Assembly (NCBI RefSeq): GCF_009914755.1
Contig: NC_060927.1
DNA length: 64,000 bases
Reading direction: 5' to 3' (one strand)
Origin: the human T2T-CHM13v2.0 reference genome, Homo sapiens
Part shown: in pieces, positions 44,265-61,289 of the stretch
Layout of the letters: every line of letters begins with the position of its first letter
Position numbering within the stretch: the first letter of the stretch is position 1
Notes under the pieces: model-generated
The model's input: the letters and a program-made list of their open reading frames with translations, nothing else
What the model was told of the DNA's origin: nothing
Databases searched by the model: none
Translations under genes and position numbers: made by a program

Positions 44265-44415
44265 GTGTGGTGTGCATGTGTGTGAGAGTATGAGAGTGTC
44301 TGTATGAATGTGCATCTGAGTGTGTTCTGAGCGTGTGTGGGTGTGGTGTGTGAGTTGTAAGACTGCGTCATGTGTAGATGTGTGTGTGTGTGTGAGAGTG
44401 TGTGTTGTGTGTGTG
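44265..44415. repeat. Degenerate (TG)n microsatellite
   Basis: gtgtgtgtgt tracts. Confidence 0.9.
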
Positions 44416-45119
44416 ATAGTCTAGAAACCTCCTGAGAAGAGCTGGTGAGGAACTAGAGAGTGGGGCAGGGGTGAGACTTTGGGATGCGCCTGAAAAACTT
44501 AAAGCGCCGTTACTCAAAGTTGAATTGTTTTTCTAAAGTCCTAATGCAAACAACATGTGGGGCAGGGCCCAGATGGTGCCCGGGAGCCCCTGACAGGGTC
44601 CTCAGGAAACAGGTGCTCCTGGAATGTTTCCTGCCGCGGGGCTGTGGCAGCAAGCAGGTCACCAGGCTCTTCATTACTGTCAGGAGGGCCCAGCTGCAGC
44701 CCCGTCCAGCTGGGTGGAAACCCATGGCCACCGGTCACGAAAGTGCAGGCCTTGGTGGGGACAGGCCCACAGCTCTGCGTTCCCAGCTTCCCCAGCCGGT
44801 GTGAGGTGCAGCTCTGGGCTGGGCCCCCGTGTGAGGAAGCCTTGCTCCACCAGCTCCATGGGGTTAGTGGCAAGAAGGTTATGAGCATCCTTAAGTTGCA
44901 AAGCTATTGCCAATTATTTCCCCAAAGTGTTGTACCTAGCTGTGAATGCTAGGAATTGCTTCTCTATACCTTCTACAAGCAGGGAGTATCCTTGCAGTCT
45001 GATAGAGGACAAAGACATCTTCCAAAGGAAGGATTTTGAGCAGAAGAGGGAGCGCATCATGCCTATATCTATGTGTTAGGAGGGTCATCATGGTGGCCAG
45101 GTTGACTATAGACTAAGGT

Positions 45120-45500
45120 ACAGTTAAGGTTGTTTTCAGTCAAAAAAATAACCAAAAAACTACTTCAGTGATTTAAACAAACAGGAATTTATTTTTCTCA
45201 CGTGAGAAATCTAAGGTGCTGTTCAATGGCTGAGGCATGCCCGGCTGAAACTGCTGTCAGTCTCTTTCCTCATGGTCACAAGATGGCTGCCTTAGCTCCT
45301 GCCATTAGATCCATGTTCAAAGCAAGGAGAAAGAGGAAAGGGGAAGGGTTGCACCAGCTGAGTCCCTCTCTTTCTGTCAGGAAAGAAAGGCTTTTTAAAA
45401 GCTATGCCCAGAAGATATCTGCTAATATATCATGGGTCAAAAATGAGCCACATGCCACCCCTAGCTATAGTGAAGTCTGGGAAGTATTTGGCTGTCAGCC
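45120..45500 (-). mobile_element. MaLR LTR (MLT1K/L-like)
   Basis: cctcatggtcacaagatggctgcc...gagccacatgccacccctagct. Confidence 0.6.
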
Positions 45501-45994
45501 TCTATAGTGAAAGGCACCAAGGGAGCAGAGGGCTGGGGACAGATGCTGGGACAACCTACGCAGCAGCTATCTGGCATTGATGCTGTGGGTCACCCAAGGC
45601 CCCACCCCATCTGGCTCCACCGTGCAATGAGCCACCAGCCACCCGCACACAGCTGTGCTCAGTGCTAGAACCAATGAGAGCTCAGCCCGCAATACCAGGA
45701 GCGTTCTTCAAACTCCAGGCAGGCCTCTAAAATTATCTCCAGGCTTCTGGTGAGGGTTACAGGGCAACTTCCTTGTCTGTCCAGTGTGAGGGCAGCCAAC
45801 TGGGTCTCAGGCCTCTAGAATGTTCCACCTTCCTTGATCTCTGGCACCCAAAAGAAGTCCAGTCCGGTGTTCAAGAAACCCACTGGTTCCCACCGGCCCC
45901 CTCCTGGCATGGTATCCTCTCTAGCATGCCCATCTGGGCTGCACCTGGCTAACTGTTTGACCACCTGCCCTACCTGTCCATCTCACTCCCCTGA

Positions 45995-46413
<419 letters not shown>

Positions 46414-46446
46414 CATCACCATCCTTTTAAAAATAATGTCAAATTG

Positions 46447-46749
<303 letters not shown>

Positions 46750-47049
46750 TTAAATCAAAAAAGTATATGGGAATTCCATTTCTGGCAAAAGGATAGTGGG
46801 CAGCATGCAGTCATCATTCTAATGACAGCTGCCACTTACATAGCACTTACTACAACCAGACACCGTTCTGAACGTTCCATGTGCCAGCCAGCGACAGCCC
46901 TGTGTGGTGGGAATATCAGCCTGTTTCCCAGATAAGGAAACTGAGACACAGAGGTTAAGTAGCCTGCCCAGGTCACACAGTCATGAGTGGCCTTGTATTT
47001 CCTAGAAATGGTTAAAGTATGTTAAGTATCTTTTTAAATACACAGCAGG

Positions 47050-47745
47050 GCTTGCAAAAAAAAAAAAAAAGGAATATTCATTAGAGCCAAAAGTGGCAGG
47101 GGCATCAAGAAGGTGGAACCCAACCCCACCCCCGATCTCCCCACTCACCCTCAGTGTGGGCTGCACATGGAGACTTCCTTCCAGGGAGCACAGCACGGAA
47201 ACAGAGAAAAAAGCAACTTTGTAAACAAGAAACCTGACCAAGGCAGACTCACCCGCGCAGGCGCTGAGTCATGTTGACAGCAGGTGCCCTTGCTAGGATG
47301 TGATGGGCAGGGCGCTTACCTCTGCGGGCATCCTCCCCCAACAAACAATCCCGGTCTAACCAGGAGAAAAACACCTGTTTTTTCCGACAGAGGGACATGC
47401 TATAGAATGCCTGACTGTACTGCCCCGAACTGTCAAGGCCATCCAAAACATGGAAAGTCTGAGAAACTGTCACAGCCAAGAGAAGAGCCTAAGGGGAAGA
47501 CTAAATGCGATGGGGAGCCCTGCACGGGATCCTGGGGCCACTGGGTAAAATGGGGAAGCCTGAATGAGGCATGGACTTCAGTTACACTGCATCGGCCTCG
47601 GCTGGCTCAACCGCACCACAGTAAGAGAAGACATTAACACCAGGGGAAACTAGGTGTGGCGTCTATGGGAACTCTCTGTACCATCGCTGCAACTTTTCTG
47701 TAAATCTAAAAGTGCTCTAAAATAAGAAGTTTATCTAAACATAAG
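47050..47745 (+). mobile_element. L1MC-type 3' UTR
   Basis: ggaaagtctgagaaactgtcacagccaagagaagagcctaagg; ends gggaactctctgtacc...aataagaagtt. Confidence 0.7.
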
Positions 47746-47975
47746 TGAAAGGCAGCTGAAAACTCTGAATGCAGCACACAGAAACAGGTCCAGCACAGCA
47801 AGGAGACGGAAACTATGGAAAAGAGACCCCACGTCGAGGAGAGAAGGAAAATGCTCTCCCCGCATCGACCAGGATTCCCGAATGGGGGAACTCAGAGGTC
47901 TGGGGAGAGTATGTATTTGAAAAAACGATGGCTAAGAACTGTCCAGCCAGACTCGATTGAAAATATAAATTCTCC

Positions 47976-48640
<665 letters not shown>

Positions 48641-48729
48641 TCAGAGGCACTGTCCCCAAGAACACACCCCAGGACACTCCCCAGAGTTTGTTTTCTGGAA
48701 AAATCAACCGACATCAAGATCTTCATTAA

Positions 48730-50035
48730 TGTAGTCACACGATTCAAAAGTCCAAAAGCCCAGAAAGTAGAAAGGTGGTCGCTAGGGGTTGGGGAGGGAA
48801 TGGGGAGTTAGAGTTGATTGCGGACAGAGCTTCAGTTTGGGAAGATGAAACAGTTCTGTGGATAGATGGTGGGCATGGTAACGCAATACTGTGAGTTCAC
48901 TAAATGCCTCTGAACTGGTTAAAATCAGGCCGGGCACAGCAGCTCATGCCTGTAATCCCAGCACTTTGGGAGGCCGAGGTGGTAGGATCCCTTGAGCCCA
49001 GGAGTTTGAGATCAGCCTGGGCAACATAGCAAGACCCCATATCTATTAACAAATTAATTAATTAAAATGAAATAATAAATGGTTAAAATCATAAATATTA
49101 TGTTCCATACATTTTACCACAATAAAAAAACTGTCAAGTAGCCCAAAGTATAAAATAAATATCTAGCCGGGTGTTGTGGCAGGCACCTGTAGTCCCAGCC
49201 ACTCAGGAGACTGAGGTGGGAGGCTCACTTGAGCCCAGGAGTTCAAGGATGCAGCGACCTATGATTGCATAACTGCACTCCAGCCTGGGTGAGAGTCTGA
49301 GTCCATACTGATATCAATAAATGATTGAATACATTCATAAATAGGAAAAAGTCTCTGATACAGAATAATTTCAAATAAATTATGAAGCTACTCCATTCTA
49401 AAGCAAGGATAGAACCCCACCCCTCAAGTGTGGGCTTCCCAGAGTGACATCCTTGAAAGAGTTCAGGATGGAAAGGGGGAAGGAGTAATCTTTCAGGACA
49501 GCAACCTGAGAGACACGACCTATGCCAGGTGGTCAAGGCCAGCATCACTGTGGTAAGTCATGTGCCAGTACTGACCACGGATACGATGAGATGAGAAGGA
49601 CGCTTACCTCTGTGGGCTTCCTCCCCAACACTCATTAACGTCTTACAGAAAAACTGCAAAGCTCTCACAGAGAGCTCCTGTATATCCCACAGCCGGGGAA
49701 TATACAGCCAGCGCCCTCTATTATTAATATTTTATGTTAGCATGGTGCATTTTTTACTGTTAATGAGCTATACTGATCTGTTATTAACTAAAATCCATAC
49801 TTTATTTAGTTTTCCTTAGTTTTCACCTAATGTCCTTCTTCTGTCCTGGGACCTCCTCCAGGATACACATTACAATTAGTCGTGCTTGAGGCTCCTCTGG
49901 GCTTTGACAGTTTCTCAGAGTCACCTTGTTCATAGTAGGGGAAGGGGAGGAGGTATAAGGTAACTCCCTGTACCAAGTGCTCAATTTTTCCATCACTCTA
50001 AAACTGTTCTAAAAAATAAAGTATATTAATAATAA
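48730..50035 (+). mobile_element. L1MB/L1MC 3' fragments with Alu monomers (48928-49065 and 49165-49300)
   Basis: L1 3' UTR motifs; the first monomer has TSD tggttaaaatca. Confidence 0.65.
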
Positions 50036-51044
50036 TTTTTAAAGTACCAAGTAGCATAGGGTTTATAATAAAAAGCATTGGCCCCAATCCCTCTCCCTGG
50101 GAGCAGACAGCCTTAATTAGTTCATCTCCATACATTTAAATACTAAGCCTAAAACTACCATTATTTCATGTATCAACTTAAATCATGCTCTGTTGACTGC
50201 CTACCAGGACAGCCAAGCTGGACAGTCAGTTAAAACCTAGCTGCCGCCACCTGCACCTCCCCCAGTTTTATTTAATGTGTTTAGTTCCTCCATTGCAGAG
50301 TTATCAACCCTCAGTCATTCTTGTGCCACTTTTGCAATTTTTGCTTTATCTCTCTAGTGCCTACCTGCATTACCATTTACTTACTACTTATTTTTTTAAT
50401 TGATTTGCTTTGTTAAATGAAAGTACTTTAAAAGAAAGCATTTACTTCACTATCATTCTTTAAATCTTATGCTAAGACACATTTAAACTAGTATCACTGC
50501 CCACTGATATCCCACCTGAAACCCTTGTAAGCACCCTTCCCACACTTTCAACTTTAAATCATATACTTAAACCTTACTGCCTCCGTGTATTTTGACATCT
50601 CTGGGGGAGACAGCTGCTTCTCTCCCCAACCTTCCCAACCTGCTCCTCCCTCAGATCTCCTACCTTGGTTGACAGCAATTCCATCCTTCCCATCATTCAG
50701 GCCAAAGCCTCAGAGTCACCCTGAGCGTTCTCTTTCACACCCCGTGTCCACCTTGGTTTCTAACAGGCACTGCAAATCTAACCTGACAATGCTGGAGTCG
50801 GCAGTTGGATTTATGAGCCTGGAGTCAGGGGAGAAATTGGGGCTGAAGATAATCCATTTGGAAGTCATCAGTGTGAAGATGGTGCTTAAAGACATGAGAC
50901 TGAGGTGAGGTCACCAAGGGAGCAGGCAGATAGAAAAAGTTGGAGGACTGAGTCCCAGGGCCCTCCAAATTCCAGCAGCCCAGAGATGAGAAAGGACCAG
51001 CTTTAAAGGTGGATTCAGAGATACCAGCAAAGGAGAGGAGATAC

Positions 51045-51243
51045 AGCGTGTGCTGATAAACCTGCCCTCTGAAAATAAAGAAATAAACGCATTGATTTGT
51101 AGAGTTTTCCAGTTTCCATGGTGTAAATAACTCCCACTGTGGTCCATTTCAGGCTACCAACATGACGTCACTGAACAGGGAGTCAGGAGCTTTGCACATA
51201 GTCAACTCTTGCAAACTATTATGAGTTTGTCCTGCTCCCCACT
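51045..51243 (+). mobile_element. hAT-Blackjack MITE (MER63-like) carrying a full CRE, TGACGTCA
   Basis: tttccatggtgtaaataactcccac...ttcaggctaccaacatgacgtcactgaac. Confidence 0.7.
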
Positions 51244-51686
51244 GCCTGGAAACCAAGCAAACAGAGAGTTACAAAAAAAGAATTACAAGCATGAAGGGTG
51301 AACAACCATGTTAAATGCCGTTGACATGTCAAATTAGCTGAGGACTTCCGCAGTGATGGATGTAACACTTTGCCACGCAAAAATGTTAAACGTAGATCAG
51401 GCAGGATGCAAAAATAGCATAACTTCACACTCTGTAAAGTTACACTCCCCAGTACAACTTTCAAACCGGAGCAATAAAGAGAGAAACAATTCCCTGGATC
51501 ATTTATTTTTAATCTCTCCTCAATTCTAACATATGCATTCAGGCCATAATTGTCCCTCTAAGCATGGCTTTAACTGCATTCCAACGTTTGTACATGTAAT
51601 ATTTTAATTATCGTTTGTTCAAAACATAATTTTAATTGCCATCACGCTTTTTCTCAGGCCTGAGAGTTTTTTAAGACTGCTGTTCG

Positions 51687-52341
<655 letters not shown>

Positions 52342-53568
52342 AACTTGGTTATCTTTTTAATGAGTATTTCTAACTTAATTATATTGTGGTCAGAGAATAT
52401 ATTTTGTATAATTTCAATTCTTTGAAACGTTTTTGAGAGTTGTTTCCCAGTATGAATCCATTTTGGTAAATTTCCAATGTGGGCTTGAAAAAAATGTGTA
52501 ACCTGAGTAGTTGTTGTATCTGTCTGAAGTTGGCTGATCATGTTATTTAAATCTGTATATCCTACTGATATATTTCTGCTTGTTCTATGAGTTAGTGAGA
52601 GAAGCAAGAAGTATATAAAAACCTCCTACTATAATTGTGGATCTGTCCATTTCTCACTCTTTTTTTTCTTTTTTGATTTTCCAAAATGAGAGGCATCCGT
52701 TTCTTCTTGTCTGTTTTCTGTTATCTGTTGTCTCTCCTGGCATTCGTTCGTGCAGTCTTGTTTCTGCTTGGGCCTAGCTACTATTATTGTGTGCTTGACG
52801 TTAAAATTTTAAACATTGTTAATAGAAATAATGAGACCTAGAATGCTGCTATCTTCCTCCAGAAAGGTATTCAAATGGCTTCTTCCAGGTGCCGAGGGCA
52901 TGGGCAATCCTAAATCCAGCTGTAGAGTTTGATATTCTCTGAAACTGAGCAGCAAATCTCGCCAGGACTGGTGCAGGTCTCCAGTCCACCCGTATGCCCG
53001 GGTGTAGTGCTGCGCGGTCCCAACCAAAAATGCAAGCCAGGAACAAGCTCCCACCACCTTCTCTCCGTTATCCTCACAATCTGCGAAAGCACCGCTCAGC
53101 CCTCAGCCACCTCTTCTGACACTGGCAATCGCCCTCAAGGAAAAAGTGACCCCAAATGCTGAGCTCACCTTTCCCCATGTTTCCTTTGCGTGGATCTTCA
53201 TCCCACCGTCAGCTCTCCAGTGCCTTCCGGCAGGCCTTCGACTGGACTGTTTTGTGCAGCTCCTCTGGGCGTCCTCAGTGGAAGGGCTGCTACAAACCAC
53301 CTAGTGCCTTTGCAAAAATCAAAAGTCTCACCTCATTTTTCAAAGGAAAAAGACAAGCTTTTCACTCCACGGAAGGAGTCTCCCCTTTCCATTCCTAAAG
53401 AGATCTCTACCATGATGTTATATCAGGAATGTAATGAGAATCTGAAGGAAAAGGTCTGCGACTATGGACTCCTAAAGGCAGGCAGTATTAAGAACAGAGT
53501 TGGCAACTCGCAGCAGCCAAAATGCTAATACAGAATTCTGTTTCCACCAAAAAAAAAAAAAAAAAAAA

Positions 53569-53891
<323 letters not shown>

Positions 53892-54450
53892 TCAGTTCTG
53901 GTTGAATTCACAGCCACCGTTAAATCTTCCGAGCACATAGGCAAGATAGAAACACCACTGCCACTTGGTGACAGTGTGCTTTAATTGCAGGGAATGGGAA
54001 ACAAAGGCCCAAAAGCAAGTCACAGATTAGAACAGCATCACCACAGGAGGTCTGAGAGCCAAGCCTCTGCCTCAAAATCTGACAGGGAAGGAACAATCTA
54101 GAAGACAGATTCTGAAGACATTCTGGAAAAGAGAGACTGAGTACAGTACAACCCCTGGTCCTTTCTTCCTTCTGCCCTAGGCCCCAGCTCAGCCCATCTG
54201 CTCACCTTCCCTATCCCTAGTTCTCACGGTAGGGAACAGCTTATTTACAAAGGGAACTCTAAGGTCTCAGGAGGAATTTTGGTCAATATTTTAGCCACTT
54301 CCTACATTCAGCCTCGCTCAAGGTCTCTCTTCTTGATTGTATTGTCCTAATCTACTTTCCCACCAACATAAATAGTATTTCTAGCTCTTGTCCTAACTGA
54401 GAGAAAGTTTGTGTTGGAATTGCTACTGGGAAATCTCTAGTGACTCTTCA

Positions 54451-54612
<162 letters not shown>

Positions 54613-56815
54613 AAGAGGAGGAAGGGAAATTCAGAGAGCTCGGCTAGATTGCACAAAGTCACAGCCTTGGTCGTAGGGCCAGGGTACAGCAGCCACCTCC
54701 CGACTTACTGCCCCTCTCCACATTACCTCTTGGCCACACCACCTTGTCCAGGCCAGGGCTTTTGCAGCCTGAGCTGTGGGGGGTGGGTGTCAAGATTGAG
54801 AAACTGACTTCCCAGAGACTATCTACATGGGGTCTGCGGAGGCTCAGAGCGTGGTGCTGGTGAGTACAAAGGGAGGTTCCAAGCCCTCCCTGAGCCCGTG
54901 AGCACCTTACACTCCCAGCCAGACCATAGTCGGGCATGCCGGGGCCACCACCAATGTGGCAAAGGGACACGGCTGGACACAGGGCACTTAGCTGGCCAGC
55001 CTTGTGGGTCTGCAGATTGATCTTCTCTTGAGCAAGACTTTTGCAGTCAGACTCTGGCCCTGCCATTTAACTGGTTGTGTGAATCTGAGTGAGTCCCTTT
55101 GCACTCCTCTGCACTCCTCCCCTGCCCGTTCCATGCTGCGGCTATGACAACACTGCCCATTCCACAGGGCTGTACTGAGAATGTGAGTTACTGTATTGAA
55201 ATTGCTTAGCACCATGCCTGGCACATGGCACATGCTCAGGGTTAGCTGTTATTAGAAAGAAAAACTGAGGGGGGCTTCATGGCACAGGGGATGGATTTGG
55301 CTAAGGCTGGGATAATCACCACCTGCCAAGGGTCCACCCTGTGCCTGATATTTCCCAGAGTGGCTGCCAGCATCACGATGACCGTGACCTTGTGCTCAGA
55401 AGACATCACCACCCGGCTTCAGAGCTGAAGTTAGTGACACTCAGAGAGATTGAGTGACTTGCCCTGCTGGCAGGTGATGGAACTAGAGTCTTGTTCCAAA
55501 CTAGGCACTTTACATATTTTACCTAATGTAATCCTCCCGAGAGCCTCAGCTGATCAGTGCTACTCACTGGGCCGATTTGACAGGCCCAGAAACTGTTAGT
55601 CCCCTGCCTATGTTTAAGCTCCTGGGCAGTGGCAAAGTCAGGATTCGAACCCAGGACCTCCACGCTCCAGAGTCCTTGCCTTTGGCAATTGCGCTCTGCT
55701 GTCCGGCAAGTCCATTGCAGCTGCTTGGTCCATTTTGCAGAATCAAAGCAGCGATGTGTGCTGGCTGTTGGGGGCGGGGGGCAGCATGGCCCCAGCTGAG
55801 GGCTTGCTGAGGGAGGGAGAGAAGCTAGAACTCGACATTTGGATGGAATGTTCAAGGGTCCTGTTGCCCAGGCCAAGCCTCTGCTTGAACACCCTCAGGG
55901 ATGGGGGAGCTCACTGCCAGTCTGCTCCACTGTGAATGGACTTGATGGATTAGGAAGCCCTTTACTCCAGGAGAAGGTCACCACCTGCAACTCACTGGTC
56001 TCTGTTCTGCCTTCCTGAGCCACACAGATTTTACCATCATGTGAAACGATGATAACAATAATAAGAATGTCGTGGTGACTACGAATTTTTTGAGAGGGTC
56101 CAGTGCCCTAATCACTGTGTTTTGGGCTTTTTTTTTTTTCATGTACTATCTCATTTAGTATTTAAAACTAACTACTGTGCCCATCCTCACTCCACCCCAA
56201 CAAAGACAGGAAGTGACCAATTTACAAACTAATTGTGTTCCTAACATTCTTTTGTAAGGCTGTTGTTTGGATGACGAAACCGCTTTCCCACATAAACAAT
56301 GGTATAAATGGCTGTGGGTGCCCCAGCTAGCCCCCCGAAGCCTGGTTTACTCATCCCGCCTAAAGGGCCCCCACACATTTACAATGAAAGAGAACAGAAC
56401 GGAGTCAGGTTAGAGCCGCAGTCATTAAACAATGGAGGGAAAAACTGATGTTGGGAGAAAGATGTTTGTTGTCTCCAGCACTGGCTGCCTCAGGAAGCGC
56501 CAGCCCAGAAGAGAACGGCCAACTTCCCGCGCTGGGGCAGGGGCGGCCTGGGAATGGCTTCAAAGCCAGTCTCTCCCACTGATAGAACCAGACAGCACCC
56601 AGCCCAACATTTTACCCAAAGAATGAACCCAATGGTGGGACAGTGTGGAGCCTCAGAGGGGTGAGCCAGACCTGGCCTTGCCACTTCCTGCATGTGTGGT
56701 CCCAGGAGAGCTACTGGACTTCTCTGAAGGTCCCCATGCAGGGAGCAGAAGCACTACGGTCCTTCCTGGGGTGCACTGAGGACACAGAGACAGCGGGTGT
56801 CAAGAACTTAGTATA

Positions 56816-57802
<987 letters not shown>

Positions 57803-58438
57803 TAGAAGTGGAGAAGAACCCGACAGGTGCCTCGTGGGGACTCGGATTTGGAAATAGATTGAGATGCTATCTGCAGTCAGCCAGCACAGCCTTGAAGCCT
57901 CCTGATAACCAGGGCGACCAGAGAGTAACTTCAGACAGCAGAGAACTACACAGGCAGGTGGAAGCAACCTGAAGAGGAGGTTGGACCACCGCCTCTGCAG
58001 CTGGGGCCAATGGGCATGGTCTCCAGACTGCTAGTTCACCAAGAGTTTTTAACTTTAGGAAGTCATTTTCCATGATTATTTGCACCTGCAAAATTCCAGT
58101 CCCAATGTTCAGTTTGGTCATGGCCTGAGAGCCATTCGGTGCGACTTTAATGGCCACAGGATACTAAGGAAAGAAAGGTGGATGTCAGATAGAAAGGACG
58201 CATTCATGACAAGAGAAGGGCAATGGCACTTGGATGTGTTTTAAGACACTGAGGCTTTGCAGGAGTTCAAACAGAGAAAAGGAGGAGGAAAAGGGAGTTG
58301 TCACAGTGGTTACAGAATGTGCCAGATTCCACGGAAGCTGCACTGAGCCCATCAGCACCACATTCCTGTTTCAAGCAAGACAGCATTATTCATTGGCATA
58401 GACTAATACCATTCACTTGAATTTTATTCATCTTGTAA

Positions 58439-58718
<280 letters not shown>

Positions 58719-58729
58719 TAATGTTAAAA

Positions 58730-59530
<801 letters not shown>

Positions 59531-60839
59531 AAATAAAGGTATGAAATCAACACTGGGAATGGGTGAAGTTTTTTTCTGTTAAAAGACCTTGGGTGGTCTC
59601 AGGCCAAGACAACCGGAACCCTCAGACTCATCCTTCCTCCGAGGAGTCCCCTCCTGGGACTACAGAGAAGACTGCTCTCCCGGCAGCGTCATCTCGGCTG
59701 ACCTCGCTGGAAAGGCAGCTCTCTGTGGCCAGGTCAAGAGGGCTGGGGAGACCAGGAATCATCCACCCATGATGTTCCTAAAACCTGCCTGCGCATGGCA
59801 GCCACCGGGACGGCCTGTCAAAATGAAGATGCCTGGGCCCTGCCCCGGATACTGAGTCACAGTCTCTAAGGGTAAGGAGGCCTGGAATCTACACTTTTAA
59901 CAAGCTCCCCAGGCACCTCTGAATACCCAACCTGCTAGGGTATCAGGCCGGGCAGCGCAGAGGCCTGGAGGAGCCCAGGTATACAATCCATAGAGCCGAC
60001 TTCACTACTGCCTGCCACTGCCTGCTGTGTGACTGTGAGCATGTCATTCAGCCTCTCTGGGTCTCAGTTTCAGACCTATGGGTTTGGCACAAAAGCGCTT
60101 ATGTTGGGAAGGGCTTGTTTTGAGGGTTAGCAATAAGATACATAAAGTGCCTGGTGCATAACAGGTGCTGAATAAATGGTGGCTGCAGTTAGGATTCGAG
60201 AGCTGGGAGAGACCCACCCAGCTGGCACTGGCTGAGAGGTGAGCAAGCCGCTCCCGCACAGAGGGCTCCATCCCAAGTGCACATGTGTTTCCTGCAGGGG
60301 GAGCACCTTTAACCAGGGACGTGGATGTGGCTTGTCACTTTAGCTCTGAAAAATGGGACAGAAGTTGTTGAGGGGAAATCCCTTCTCACAGAAAGCAGAA
60401 TGGTGCTTTGGGAACCCCCCCTCCTTTTCCCTCTGCCACCCCCAATCTAGAGCTGACTGCACCTCACTCTTATCATCCAAAAGCCTTGCCCCTGACCGCA
60501 GGCTAGCCCAGGAAGAGAAGTAAGGCTCACCTGCCAAATCTTGCTGTGTGGCTTTGAGAAAACCACATAACCTCTCTGAGCCTGAGGTCCTTATCTCTCA
60601 CTAGGGGGAGGAGGGTGACACCCATTCATTCAGGGCATACTGACTGTGATAGACACGTCCTCATCCTCACAGGCCGACAGTCCAGTGGGAAGATCAGGCT
60701 TTAGTGAAACCACTGCAAATATCTCATTGCAAAACAAAATAGCTGCCTTAGAAAGTTGTGATCAGGTGGTTTTTCCAACTTTTTTTTTTTTTTTAGCAGC
60801 AGAACCCTTCATTCAAATGAAGCCTTACCCAGGACTGGG

Positions 60840-61289
60840 TCATGGAAAATAGCTGAAAGCAAAGTTGCTCAGAGGCTCTGTGGCTGTCACCAGAGAGCCC
60901 GACGGCTTCAAGGAACACAGCTGGAAACCGGAGCTTGATGTCTGGGAGGGAGGGGTGAGGAAAGGCCCACAGTGGCACAGCAGAGTCCTGGCACATTGTG
61001 GGCACTGGAGAAGCCATCCCTGCCTGAGCTCGTCATCTCTCTCTCTCTCTCTCACCATGTCAAATGGTAGTGGGTGGGTACAGGGCCCAAACTCGGTCCC
61101 CAGACCCCCGAGTGTCTCTGGTGCCAGAGACCCCACAATGCCTAGAAGCTTCCAACCACCCTGGCCCAGGGTGCCTAGGGGCTGAGAGTCTGGGGGTCCC
61201 TGGAGGCGGGAGACGCTGAGTCTAGGCAGGCTCGTGCTGGAAACCAGCTCACTGCAGCGGACCACTATCTGATGGAGCGCTTCCTTCAT
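60840..61289 (-). CDS. LINC01565: Putative protein GR6 (149 aa), an ORF of doubtful coding status in a gene now classed as a lncRNA
   Basis: Sequence MKEALHQIVVRCSELVSSTSLPRLSVSRLQGPPDSQ...NFAFSYFP recognised as human GR6/C3orf27; single-exon ORF, weak Kozak (ctgATGa). Confidence 0.7.
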   Translation of the reverse strand: MKEALHQIVVRCSELVSSTSLPRLSVSRLQGPPDSQPLGTLGQGGWKLLGIVGSLAPETLGGLGTEFGPCTHPLPFDMVRERERDDELRQGWLLQCPQCARTLLCHCGPFLTPPSQTSSSGFQLCSLKPSGSLVTATEPLSNFAFSYFP

